Notes: a model not told the origin generated them from the sequence alone. 63,722 bases of DNA, filler included, from Collodictyon triciliatum (GCA_043381765.1; 40 parts of 40 records of this genome joined end to end with filler, not necessarily neighbours in it); one strand, 5' to 3'; shown: positions 1 through 12,708, counted from the whole stretch's first letter. Made by a program: numbers and translations.

Positions 1-6
1 TTTTTT

Positions 7-44
<38 letters not shown>

Positions 45-70
45 GAGAGATCAAAAGACATGAATTTTAC

Positions 71-1473
71 TTTAGTCCAGTTGAGGTCGGGTGTGTTTTC
101 GAATGAGAAATTTTCGCTGTTGATTACAGAGTAGATAGTCAGTTCCAAAGAGACGAAAAAAAGGGGTCTAACATGTTATTTATATGAGATTCTATTATAA
201 TATAGTGAAGCGATTGGATATATGCCTGGCAAGGAATTCTTGTCCCATGAAAATCATTGGAATTCCAGGAGCTACAGGAAATAAATTAATGTTGCTATTA
301 TTATCGATATGGATTCTCTGGTGTATTTCCTTCCTTTCTTTTTCAAAATTAAAATTTCAAATACATATTTATCAAGTCTGTTCCTGTAGTAAAAAGGAAT
401 TGCATTACTTTCAATTAGTTTCAAATGTATTACTAAATCGTGTAATATATGTCTATACCTGTCATGACCATGGCTAACCCCAGCATTGAGCGTTTCTGAG
501 CCCAATAACTTCCAGGGTCTCTGTTATCAATCAAGCGAGGCATGCGCCCCTCCTAATGTTTTGAATGAGCGAAATAAGTCGAAAACATGGTATTATTATT
601 TTTGGTCAGATAAACAGATTCATCTAGTGTTGTTCTGATGTAATGATAACATCATCTAGACAAAAAATTACAGCAGAGTTTTGACCAGACGCTTTGTCGT
701 GAGTCTCTGTGTAAATAACACGGTACGAGTGCCACGCCGACTCGGTGAACTGTTCCGAGTAAATTCAGATTGAACATGTTTGATTTTGAATATAAAAACC
801 ATAATATAATAAAATATCAGGTGTACTAAATGAGGGTTTGATTTTTTGGAGGATTAGAAAAGTCCAAGACCGATTTCATAAATAAATAAATAAAAACCTT
901 TCGGTAAAGGGCGTTCATGTCACTGAAGGGTATGGTTAAAATATGTTTAGAAAAAATCACTTCATAATATAAAAGGAAAACATCATAATGCTTAAATGGA
1001 ACACAAATTGGTTGTGGATGGATGAATCACCGGAATGAATCTTCAGAAGTTGTGAGAACACCCTTCATGGTGTGATAGAACTGCTCTTCCCATTGACCAC
1101 TGAAAGCAGCTCCTCCTTGAGAAGACTTGAAAAAAAAAGCACATTAGATGTAATCAAAACGACTTCAATTTCTAGATATATTTCCAGTTAAAGCAAAACA
1201 ATTTTTACCGGCTTGTTCAAGTTGATGTCATATTGCAAGTCTTCAGCAATACTAACACCACCCAAAGATGCAGTCAAATCGTTGGCTCGAGCCATCATAT
1301 TCCACCCCTTAGTATTATAATTTTGCCGTAAGCAAAGGAAGTTGTATTAAGAGAGTCACACTTTAACTTTCTCCTTGTCAATTTCATCCTATGAATGATA
1401 AACCTCCACAAGTGTATCAGTGCTTTCCCAACAATATGTGGCAGGCTTGCGAATGCAGACTGTGGCGTCCCAT
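71..1473 (-). CDS. GH13 alpha-amylase-family glycosidase, bacterial trehalohydrolase/branching-enzyme-like, internal fragment with 8 exons
   Basis: Spliced translation RWDATVCIRK..GWNMMARAN..IAEDLQ..GGAAFSGQWEEQF..RDM..RVIYTETHDKA..GRMPRLIDNRDPGSYWAQKRSMLG..TAPGIPMIFMGQEFL..LNW. GH13 catalytic D (RWDA), E (IAED) and D (THD) are all present. Confidence 0.85.
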
Positions 1474-1502
1474 CTAAGGAATTACAAAATGGTTGATAAA
1501 AG

Positions 1503-1602
1503 NNNNNNNNNNNNNNNNNNNNNNNNNNNNNNNNNNNNNNNNNNNNTTAATTAATTAANNNNNNNNNNNNNNNNNNNNNNNNNNNNNNNNNNNNNNNNNN
1601 NN
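1503..1602. other. Artificial contig spacer N44-TTAATTAATTAA-N44 (first of 39, recurring about every 1.6 kb; last 12-mer starts at 62181)
   Basis: Identical 100-nt linker; the palindromic 12-mer puts TAA in all six frames; intervening contigs shrink from about 1502 to 1487 nt. Confidence 0.99.
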
Positions 1603-1700
1603 TATGGTTTATGGTTTATGGTTTATGGTTTATGGTTTATGGTTTATGGTTTATGGTTTATGGTTTATGGTTTATGGTTTATGGTTTATGGTTTATGGTT
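1603..1700 (+). repeat. (TTTATGG)n microsatellite at contig start
   Basis: About 14 tandem 7-mers read directly. Confidence 0.95.
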
Positions 1701-2200
1701 TTTTACTTCATTCTGTCTTCTTGCAATTACTTGGGGCATATGGCACACCTAGAACCGTTCACAATACCCAGCCAGACACAACCCCATGTGCACCTCCAAC
1801 TGAGAAGGCTCCTGGCCATGTGAAACAAAAGACTAGGAACCAAGGAGAAATATAAAAATTATAACAGGGTCACAAGGATACCCAGACATTTGGTAATGAA
1901 ACGTATTTCACTGGAAAGTATAACGGGCTGCCTGTCACTCAACTGTCCGCTGTGTGGGCTTTGGAATATGAATCCCTATTCAGACCTTTGCGATTCAATT
2001 TTCATCAAGTAGTGCCGCAACAATTCTGAGCCCGGTGTGTATGTGTTAATAAGTAGATTGGAGTCTCCATGTGGCACTCTTCGGCTGAATGTATGTGTCA
2101 TTCTGGCGTGTCATTGTCTACTACTATGAATGAACCATGTGTTTGGTGTGAGTTCTTGGAGCATGTCTTTTCTTTCCAAATCTCTGTGTCCTCTTATCCG

Positions 2201-2899
2201 TCACATATCTTCCAAACTAGTGCTGTACGAGAGTCTGCGTCGAGGCAACGCTCGAGAGACTGGTGGGTCGCAATGATGCTCTGTATCCTCAACTTCATAT
2301 TGCCTCTTTCTTGGAGGGAATGTATCGGTGCAAGGCATTCTGTGTTCGTCAACTACAGGCTCTGGCGAGTGTGGCGTATAATCTGCGTACGAATCTAGCG
2401 ACTGGAGTGAATCTATGGATGTTTCCGATTTGCCATCTGACTCTCGATGCGAATCTAGTGACTGTGTCTCATAGCTCGATTGTTCGTCTGTTGGAGAATC
2501 CTGAATCTCGTCTGGCTCGGCAGCATCGTTATCCCTTTGTCCTTCTACAATCAATGAACCCGTGCCTTTGTCCTTTGGGGGAGAATCCATGCCAGGTTGT
2601 TCAAGTAGATTGGTCTGATTATGGTTTTGCTTATCGACTAGGTTTGTCAATATACTGTGTGAGTCAAAACAGGGCTCTGCTGGCTCTTCACTGAGCGGGG
2701 TGGATGGTAACCACTCGAGTATGCTTCGGTGATGATTTGGGTGGCATCTCCAAGTCTCTTGCCAATCCCTTTGTGTGTGCGCAGATACAGGCGGGCGGCA
2801 GAAGAGCTCTTCGGTTGCACATGTATGCTTAGCCATGTTTTGTGGTGCAATTGTAACGTCTAGGATGTTTATAAGAAGCCCTCTGCCTTGTATGCGCAC
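2201..2899 (-). CDS. Intronless ORF of unknown function with an acidic S/D/E-rich C-terminal half
   Basis: 232-codon open frame in a GC-richer stretch; no recognisable domain. Confidence 0.3.
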   Translation of the reverse strand: MRIQGRGLLINILDVTIAPQNMAKHTCATEELFCRPPVSAHTQRDWQETWRCHPNHHRSILEWLPSTPLSEEPAEPCFDSHSILTNLVDKQNHNQTNLLEQPGMDSPPKDKGTGSLIVEGQRDNDAAEPDEIQDSPTDEQSSYETQSLDSHRESDGKSETSIDSLQSLDSYADYTPHSPEPVVDEHRMPCTDTFPPRKRQYEVEDTEHHCDPPVSRALPRRRLSYSTSLEDM

Positions 2900-3405
2900 A
2901 AGCTAGCCCTGCATATGGAAACCCGAGCGACTTATGTGATTGGAAAGTGTACAGGAATAAAGAAACTCTTGTGGGACACGGTAAATATTTTTCTTTTTTC
3001 TTTCTTTCTTTTTCTTTCTTTTTCTTTCTTTTTCTTTCTTTTTCTTTCTTTTTCTTTCTTTTTCTTTCTTTTTCTTTCTTTTTCTTTCTTTTTCTTTCTT
3101 TTTNNNNNNNNNNNNNNNNNNNNNNNNNNNNNNNNNNNNNNNNNNNNTTAATTAATTAANNNNNNNNNNNNNNNNNNNNNNNNNNNNNNNNNNNNNNNNN
3201 NNNTTTGTCTTCTTTTGTCTTCTTTTGTCTTCTTTTGTCTTCTTTTGTCTTCTTTTGTCTTCTTTTGTCTTCTTTTGTCTTCTTTTGTCTTCTTTTGTCT
3301 TCTTTTACCTTTTTTTTCATGAAAAATATTAACTCGACAGCCTCTCTAAGCTCAATTTTAATTATAATGGTCGTCCTTCCATGTATTTACTATTTTCATA
3401 TTTAG

Positions 3406-4263
3406 TATGAAGAGCTTCGAAATGAAAATAGAAGTCTGAAAGAGAGAGTGCGCCATTTATTGCAAGAGAATGACAAACTGAGGGCTCAAATTGTATCGCC
3501 TAGTTTTTTCGGCTATCACGTGAATTTGACTATGCCCCAATCGCAACGAATACTCAATACTCATGACATAAACACATATTTATGTAAATGCAAGAAATCT
3601 ACACGTTCGTTAATTTTTTTTGAATACCTTCACCAGCAAATCATACAGAAGAAACATATCAACAAATAGAAATATAATTCTTAGGCGGAAGTAGTCCACC
3701 AAGAAAATGGTGTCTACATAGAGGAACAGAGCCACTCGATTGAAGAGTCTGGAAAATATGCCGAGCAAGAAGATGAAGCCCATGCTGACGAAATTGATGA
3801 AAACGAAGAAAACGATGAAAACGAAGAAATCGATGAAAAAGAAGAAAGCAATGAAGATGAACGTGAGAGGACTTCGAGGCCCATGAACGATATCCTAGAA
3901 CCCCTAGTAACAGATATTTTAACGCCGATGTGCTCAAAATACGACGAACATATTACATCTCTGTTGGATACATCAAACGATTGGATGGATGCAATCGAAG
4001 AGAGATTGTCCAATATAGAAAATCTTCAGCAAGACGTGGGCCGATACTTATACATTCCCAATACACATGTCTCTATAACAAGCCCGAGTTTGATGTAACT
4101 ATTTTATAATTTTGTCTTATTTAAGTAAATTAAATATTGATAGGCGCTGAAATCTCAGCGTGCGATGAACAGTTGTGTGAAGGTTCTTAATGATATCGCT
4201 TCGACTGTGCATCCAAGAGTGACCCATACTGACAACGGCAATGTAAGAGGGCAATCGGCTTAA
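3406..4263 (+). CDS. Coiled-coil/acidic protein, 3' exons
   Basis: GT-AG joins give YEELRNENRSLKERVRHLLQENDKLRAQI..AEVVHQE..acidic tract..DAIEERLSNIENLQQD|ALKSQRAMN..GQSA*. Confidence 0.6.
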
Positions 4264-6236
4264 TAAGTATTGAAACGCCATCTGAATGTATTTTAAATTT
4301 TATCAAGTTGTCCCTTCAAGTATGAATTTAAATAGACTCCGGAAAACTCCAAAAGAGGCTTCCAAACGTCTATCGGAGATGACACCAGGATAGAGCTTCT
4401 TTTAGATGAGGTTTTGCTCTTGGAATACTTCCTCCTGTTTAATTTCAAAATCAATCATTTAAGAGTTTGAAATAATTATGCACTGTTTTTCCGATAACAA
4501 CAATTTCTTCTGTAGTTGGCCATCCACCAAGAGGTGATGGTTCACGAATTGATTTATGTAAGGCTATATGTTGGGAATGGAATCCTCTAATTTCTTCTTT
4601 TTTCTTTTCTTTTCCTTTCCTTTCCTTTCCTTTCCTTTCCTTTCCTTTCCTTTCCTTTCCTTTCCTTTCCTTTCCTTTCCTTTCCTTTCCTTTCCTTTCC
4701 TTTCNNNNNNNNNNNNNNNNNNNNNNNNNNNNNNNNNNNNNNNNNNNNTTAATTAATTAANNNNNNNNNNNNNNNNNNNNNNNNNNNNNNNNNNNNNNNN
4801 NNNNAATAAAAGAATAAAAGAATAAAAGAATAAAAGAACAAAAAGAACAAAAAGAACAAAAAGAACAAAAAGAACAAAAAGAACAAAAAGAACAAAAAGA
4901 ACAAAAAGAACAAAAAGAACAAAAAGAACAAAAGAGCAAACGATTTTGTCGTGTGGAAGGCCAAACAGGCGAGCGCGGGGAATGAGATCAGCACAGATCC
5001 AGTCTCGAACAATGTGCATCCAAGACGGGTGTGTTTTTGTGTGTATGCATTTATGTGGAACCGCAAAGGGAAGCGCGCCGATTTTGGAGGCAAGGCAACT
5101 GTGATGAAGCGTGATGTTTATGTGATCGGTGATTCTGCACGGGTGGGTATGTATAAGTCATCCTTCGTGGGCTTTCTGCCCGTGCGATACCATGCATAGG
5201 GCGAAGGACGAGGAAGAAAAAAATAAAGGAGAAAAAGGAGGGGTGGAATAGAAGAAAAGCAGGAGAGAAAACTTTTGTAACATGGGAGGTGGGGATACGA
5301 ATCCTTTTTATTTTCTGAACAAAGCAAAACACAGAGACAAGAACAAAATCAAAAGACCATATCGAACGAAGGTGTGTTCTCGTCCGCAGGATTGTCTGCC
5401 TTGATGGCTCCATCTGCCGAGAGGAACACTCGCACTGCTGAAGAAGAAAGCATATCCCCACTCTTTTCTTGTCTCTGTCTCCTTTTTTCCCTCTCTTTCT
5501 TTCTTCGTGGGCTCTCTCTTTTGTTGTTATTGGTTTGGATTGGGCTGCTCTGCTCTTTGTGGGTCTGGTCTCGGTTGCTCCTGCAGTTCCTCCCAGCTTG
5601 GAAGAAGCGAGAAGAAAAGGGGCAGAAGCAAACACTCTACCTCTTGGGCGAGCGAGAGACGAACTTCGGGCAATGGCTGCTGCTGCTGCTGTCCATCTTG
5701 GTTTGCGTCGGCGTCGCCGTTGGCTGCTGTTATAATATGATAAAGTGTCGATGTGATACCAATACAAAAAAAGAAATAAAAAAGAAATAAAAAAGAAATA
5801 AAAAAGAAATAAAAAAGAAATAAAAAAGAAAAGAAAAGAAAAGAAAAAGAAAAAGAAAAAAAAGAGAATTAATGTGATTTAGTAATTCAAGTAATCGACG
5901 TATGAATTATGATACCAATTAGTGTTTTAATTGGACACGTTCTTTGAGGACATTAATGGTGCATGACCTCGTTCCGCGGCAGCTCTTTCAGCTATTTGTT
6001 GGCGGATGTGGTAGTAGCGGCGCGATTGGTATGTGGTTTGGATATATCCATACTTAAACCTATGAGGGAAAAAGTGCATATTTAATAAAATTATATTCTG
6101 ATTTGATTGTGCTCATCATTAAACATGATGAAAACAATAAATCATATACATCATATCATAAGTGTGTGACGTTGTGATGTTTTGGAGAGGCATTCATACT
6201 TGTGAGTAAAGTAAATTGAAAAGAAAAGAAAAGAAA

Positions 6237-6305
<69 letters not shown>

Positions 6306-6571
6306 NNNNNNNNNNNNNNNNNNNNNNNNNNNNNNNNNNNNNNNNNNNNTTAATTAATTAANNNNNNNNNNNNNNNNNNNNNNNNNNNNNNNNNNNNNNN
6401 NNNNNATAATAATAATAATAATAATAATGATAATAATAATGATAATAATAATAATAATGATAATAATAATAATGATAATAATAATAATGATAATAATAAT
6501 AATGATAATAATAATAATGATAATAATATACTTTTCAGATAAGATTCATATAGTACTACCACAATACTTAC

Positions 6572-7530
6572 TCCATAGCTCTTTTACCAACCAAGAATAT
6601 ATGAGGAGATGTGTTATCTAGTAAAAAAAAAATAATCGTAAGATCAGAGTGTTATGAAACCAAATTTTAGCACATATAATATAGCATTTATTTATAGATA
6701 TTTAAAAGTATCACCTTCATCGTTTTGGTAGCTCTGAATGATTTCGGGAGTGTACACATTAAGTACTTTAAATGGATTCACAGCCATCAAGGTTTCGCCA
6801 CTACGTTTAAATATAAATAAATTTTGGGTACGAAATCCTAATGTCTGCATATGACGGGAATGAAAAAAAAAAAAAAGAGAAAAAACGACTACATTTGAAA
6901 TATGTTGCATGCCGAAAGCATAACTCAAAGACATGCTCTGAATTTGTAATAAAGAAGACCCATGTAGTATGAGGACACAAAATTCAAGATGATGTGGCGC
7001 AATACAGACATTGAAATCAAAGAGGTGTCATGTGATAAAATAGCTCACCAAGATGTATAGATAAGATCCTTTCCATATCGAGTCTTTATTGTTTGGAATA
7101 TCATCGCATTATTCAGAGAGTTCAGCTTACAGAGGTCCTCAGCGTTATAGTCTAGGCAGATAAAGTAAAGAGAAAAGGAAAAGGATATTAGAGCGAAGCT
7201 GCGAATTTATCATGTGTGTCATTTCAGATATGCTCAGTCTAGTTGTCAAAAGGTTAATAACCATCTGGACAATCCTCCATGACATCGTCTTTCCTGACCA
7301 GCTTCTTTTCGCCTATCTCGGAATAAATGTGATAATTTTGATGTTACAGATATTAATCATGAAAACTTTGAACGTCTGATAATGAAAGGAGGGACTGCTC
7401 TGAGTTTCGATTAGTATTGCTGTTATAATTGTCATTATATAAGTAGGAAGTGAAAACAAGAAGCCACGAATCTGACGGATAGCATACCATTGGCGCATAG
7501 GGAAACAGAAAGATCTTGCTTTTCAGCTAG
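6572..7530 (-). CDS. Myosin, N-terminal region and start of motor domain (multi-exon fragment)
   Basis: Spliced: GEKKLVRKDDVMEDCPDDYNAEDLCKLNSLNNAMIFQTIKTRYGKDLIYTSCGETLMAVNPFKVLNVYTPEIIQSY..PHIFLVGKRAM; DL..L, IYT, AVNPF and PHIF myosin motifs. Confidence 0.92.
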
Positions 7531-7809
7531 AATTAATCATGTCTTACGTCAGAGACATACTGCAGCATATGATAAGAAAAAAACTACAGATTCAAAATGA
7601 AAGTGTTTTGGAAGAAGACAAAGGTAAACAATAATCGGATTGCTGCGGGAAATATGTTGATCAATAACCTGCGATTGAATCCAACAACTCAGCCTTTTCA
7701 AACCCGAGTGTCTGAGAAGGCACCCACACAAATTGTCGATTCATATGATATTTTGGAAAGTGGCCTATTGAAGAGAGAGAAAAATGTAAAAGTAGAGTAA
7801 AAAGGAAAT

Positions 7810-7905
<96 letters not shown>

Positions 7906-8006
7906 ANNNNNNNNNNNNNNNNNNNNNNNNNNNNNNNNNNNNNNNNNNNNTTAATTAATTAANNNNNNNNNNNNNNNNNNNNNNNNNNNNNNNNNNNNNN
8001 NNNNNN

Positions 8007-9507
8007 AGCTCTGTTTATATGAGTGTTCGCAGCTTCAAGCTTTCTTGGGCCGATAATTCGAACAGTTCTCACGTTCATTATTCTGCTTGTATCAATCATA
8101 TTCATCGCATCACTTGTACTATTAAATACTGTGATGACTTCTGGTTTATCTTTCATGACCAATTGGCTCTTCTCATTGTAGGTCGCTTCGGATTTTTTCA
8201 GGCTGTGTATTTGGTTTCCTGTGGCTACATCCCAAATTCGTATCGTGCTATCTCCACTTCCAGAAGCCAACCAGTTTTTACCATTAGGTCCTTGAATACT
8301 GCAAACACTCCAGACAACACTTGTATGACCTTCTAATATTTTGATTTGGTTTCCTGTAACTACATCCCAAATACGTAATGTTTCATCACGACTATCAGAA
8401 GCCAGCCAATTTTCACCTTTCGGTCCTTGAATACTGCAAACACTCCAAACAACACTTGTATGACCTTCTAAAATTTTAATTTGGTTTCCTGTAACTACAT
8501 CCCAAATACGTAATGTTTCATCACGACTTCCAGAAGCCAGCCAATTTTCACCTTTCGGTCCTTGAATACTGCAAACACTATTGACATATTGTGTATGTCC
8601 TTTCAATGTTTTGATTTGGTTTCCTGTGGCTACATCCCAAATACGTAATGTTTTATCCCAACTTCCAGAAGCCAGCCAATTTTCACCATTCGGTCCTTGA
8701 AGACTGCAAACACTATTGACCCATTCTATATGTCCTTTTAATGTTTTGATATGGTTTCCTGAGGCTGCATCCCAAATACGTATTGTATTATCAACACCTC
8801 CAGAAGCCAACCACTTTTCACCATTCAGTCCTGCAATACTACAAACACAATTTACCTCTCCTATATGTCCTTCTAATGTTTTGATTTGGTTTCCTGTGGC
8901 TACATCCCAAATACGTATTGTTTTATCACGACTTCCAGAAGCCAACCACTTTTCACCATTCAGTCCTTGAATACTGCAAACACTGTTGACATATTGTGTA
9001 TGTCCTTCTAATGTTTTGATATGGTTTCCTGTGGCTACATCCCAAATACGTATTGTTTTATCACGACTTCCAGAAGCCAACCACTTTTCACCATTCGGTC
9101 CTTGGATACTGCAAACACTCATGACAGCGCTTGTATTACCTTCTAGCGTTTTGATTTGGTTTCCTGTGGATACATCCCAAATACGTATTGTTCTATCACT
9201 ACTTCCAGATGCCAACCACTTTTCACCATTCGGTCCTTGAATACTGCAAACACCATAGACCCAACTTGTATGACCTTCTAATGTTTTGATTTGGCTTCCT
9301 GTGGATACATCCCAAATACGTATTGTTTTATCATGACTTCCAGAACCCAGCCACTTTTCGCCATTAAGTCCTTGAATGCTGCAAACACCATAGACCCAAC
9401 TTGTATGACCTTCTAATGTTTTGATTTGGCTTCCTGTGGATACATCCCAAATACGTATTTTATTATCACCACTTCCAGAAGCCAACCACTTTTCACCATT
9501 CGGTCCT
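8007..9507 (-). CDS. WD40-repeat protein fragment with about 10 near-identical 45-aa repeats followed by a non-repeat segment
   Basis: Open across the whole contig; GH..WD repeats at an exact 135-bp period (tacatcccaaat-type motif at 8226, 8361, 8496...9441); no introns. Confidence 0.95.
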
Positions 9508-9607
9508 NNNNNNNNNNNNNNNNNNNNNNNNNNNNNNNNNNNNNNNNNNNNTTAATTAATTAANNNNNNNNNNNNNNNNNNNNNNNNNNNNNNNNNNNNN
9601 NNNNNNN

Positions 9608-9713
<106 letters not shown>

Positions 9714-10394
9714 AAGATAAAGATAAAGATAAAGATAAAGATAAAGATAAAGATAAGCACAGGCGAGTAGCAGAGAAAACTGGAGGAGCAGAAACAGGGG
9801 CAGAGGTTGGGGTTGCTTCCCTCACACCGATGCATGTTACTCGCATCTCTGATACTCACACGAAGGAGCCACTGCCCATCATCCGACACCAGTCAAGTCT
9901 GCTTTGATTTCACTCCTATTCAACATCGTATCCTGTCACAAAGCCAAACACAGAAGGCCTGCAAAGCAACCGCATCAAAACTTATCGCACCGCAGTTTGA
10001 CTTTGTTTATCTGCCCCCAAAAATTATTCCCCACCATACAAACCCACACATCCCAGAAAGACTTTCATTCCAAAGGTTGTCCGCCACACGAGGCTGAGTG
10101 ATCGCCTCCAAAGATCGATCGGCAACACAACTCTTGTCCTCGGGCATTCGCAAACCACGCACAAAGCGAAGTAATCAGCCTTTGATATGCGGTACTTTTT
10201 TTGCGGGCAACTCGTGAAAGCAGGCTGAGAAGTAGTGTCGGGAATCACTTATCCTTTCATCTGATAAATATGTGTCAAAGGTTCTTGGGTTTTATCAAGA
10301 GTCTGTCCTTGTGGCGATCACGAAAAGGTTTCTCGGCAGCAGGAATAAGCCCACGTTGTATGATACAAAGAAATGGTACAGCCCTCGGAGCTAC

Positions 10395-11108
10395 TCTTTT
10401 TTACTTTATTTTTCTTTTTTCTTTTTGTTTTCTTTTCCCTTCCTCTTTCCCCAATTCCCTGTCTCCTTCCCTTTTTATTCTTATTTCTTTTCCTTTTTGC
10501 CTTTCTTTTTATTCTTATTTTTCCTTTTTCACTTTTTCCCTTTCTGCCTTTCTCTTTTTCCCTTTTTCACTTTTTCACTTTTTCCCTTTTTCACTTTTTC
10601 CCTTTTTCCCTTTTTCCCTCTTTTTGCCTTTCTTTTTATTCTTATTTTTCCCTTTTCTCTTTTTCACTTTTTCACTTTTTCACTTTTTCACTCTTTCACT
10701 TTTTCACTTTTTCACTTTTTCTCTTTTTCACTTTTTCACTTTCTCTTTTTTCACTTTTTTCTCTCTTTTTCCTTTTCCTTTTCCTTTTCCTCTCTTTTCA
10801 CTTTTCACTTTTTCTCTCTTTTTCTCTCTTTTTCTCTCTTTTTCTCTCTTTTTCTCTCTTTTTCTCTTTTTTCCTTTTCCTCTCTTTTTCTCTTTTTCTC
10901 TCTTTTTCTCTTTTTTTCTCTCTTTTTTCTTTTTTCTTTTTTCTTTTTTCTTTTCCTTTTCCTTTTCCTTTTCCTTTTCCTTTTCCTTTTCCTTTTCCTT
11001 TTCCTTTTCCTTTTTTTTTTATTCTTCATTCTTTTCTCTTTTCTCTTTTGTTTTTTTCCCCTTTTTCCCTTTTTCACTTTTTCACTTTTTCACTTTTTCA
11101 CTTTTTCA
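10395..11108 (+). repeat. Long pyrimidine-rich compound microsatellite (TTTTCAC, TTTTCC, TTCTCTC motifs)
   Basis: About 700 nt almost devoid of G; explains the spurious F/S/L-rich ORFs. Confidence 0.95.
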
Positions 11109-11208
11109 NNNNNNNNNNNNNNNNNNNNNNNNNNNNNNNNNNNNNNNNNNNNTTAATTAATTAANNNNNNNNNNNNNNNNNNNNNNNNNNNNNNNNNNNN
11201 NNNNNNNN

Positions 11209-12708
11209 CGCATCATGCAGCTTATGCTTATCAGGATTCTATCAAAAAGAAGGAATCACAAAAGACTCAAGTTCATGCTATGCTTGTCCAAAAGGCACAT
11301 TCAACTCAAACTCCGGCTCATATGGAAACAAATCATGTATTGAATGTCCACAAGGCTCTTGGAATGATAGAGATGGTCAAACGTCATGCACACTATGTCC
11401 AGCCGGTACATTCAACAATAAAACTGGCTCATTCAACCAATCATCATGCATTTCATGTCCAAATGGAAGCTACAGCTCAGAAAGAAGCTCATCATGCACT
11501 CTATGCTCATCAGGATTTTATCAAAAAGAAGGAATCATAAAAGACTCAAAATCATGTTATGCTTGTCCAAAAGGCACATTCAACTCAAACTCCGGCTCAT
11601 ATGGAAATACATTATGTGTTGAATGTCCACAAGGTACTTGGAATGATAGAAATGGTCAAGCATCATGCACATCGTGTCCAGCTGGTACATTCAGCAATAA
11701 AACTGGCTCATTCGACGAATCCTCATGTATTCCATGTCCAAATGGAAGCTACAGCTCAGAAAGAAGCGCATCATGTAGTTTGTGCTCATCAGGATTCTAC
11801 CAAAAAGAGGGAATCATGAAAGACTCACAGTCATGCTATGCTTGTCCAAAAGGCACATTCAACTCAAACTCCGGCTCATATGGCAACAAATCATGCATCG
11901 AATGTCCACAAGGTACTTGGAATGAAAGAGACGGTCAAGCATCATGCACATCATGTCCCACTGGTACATTCAACAATAAAACTGGTTCATTGAATCGATT
12001 GTCATGCATTCCATGTGCAAACGGAAGCTACAGCTTATCTGGCAGCACATCATGCACCTCATGTTCATCAGGATTCTATCAAAAGGAAGGAATCACAAAA
12101 GACTCAAAATCATGCTATGCTTGTCCAAAAGGCACATTCAACTCAAACTCTGGCTCATATGGAGACATATCATGTATTGATTGTCCACAAGGCACTTGGA
12201 ATGATATAGATGGCCAAGCATCATGCACATCATGTCCCGCTGGTACATTCAACAATAAAAGTGGCTCATTCAATCAATCATCATGCATTTCATGTCCGAA
12301 TGGGAGCTACAGCTCAGAAAGAAGCGCATCATGCAGCTTATGCCCGACACGCTCAACCACAATAAAAGAAGGCTCCATATCAATCGGTGATTGCAAGTGC
12401 TTAGATACCTATGTGTCATATGATGCTATTTGTACATGTCCTCCAGGACAATTTGAGGATGGAAGGGAGTGTGTTCCGTGCAGATTTGGCTCATACAAAC
12501 CAACAAACGGCACAAATTTCTGCCTATCTTGTGGTGATAAATTTACGACAAAAAACAATGGCTCTATTTATTCAACCGATTGTGAATGCAAAACGGGATT
12601 TGAGTTAAGAAATTCTACTTGTGAATGCAAACCTGGCTGGTATGAAAAGCAAGGAAACTGCTACGAATGTCCTTCAGATACATATAGCGATGATTATGGA
12701 CTAAAATA
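11209..12708 (+). CDS. Cys-rich extracellular repeat protein (ephrin-receptor-like/GCC2-GCC3 C-x2-C-P-x-G-T-F/Y units), internal fragment
   Basis: Intronless frame of CxxCPxG(T/S)(F/W/Y) units arranged in 279-bp super-repeats (tgcttgtccaaaaggcaca recurs about every 279 bp from 11281 to about 12118), then divergent units. Confidence 0.9.

Noticed and set aside
119-222. U12-type AT-AC intron in the GH13 gene
   Set aside because: The donor is ATATCCAA rather than ATATCCTT, there is no TCCTTAAC branch site, and the GC-AG model gives spacing closer to the homologues I recall.
1603-1700. (TTTATGG)n as a plant-like telomere variant
   Set aside because: The G-rich strand points inward from the left contig end, the wrong polarity, and dozens of other motifs end contigs in the same way.
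8220-9507. 135-bp periodic repeat as a CRISPR-like array
   Set aside because: The repeats are contiguous, in-frame WD40 units with no unique spacers, in a eukaryotic context.
10201-11164. Long F/S/L-rich or K/R-rich ORFs (also 40636-41501, 45203-45761, 22348-23019)
   Set aside because: Translations of stop-free microsatellites, often running into N padding.
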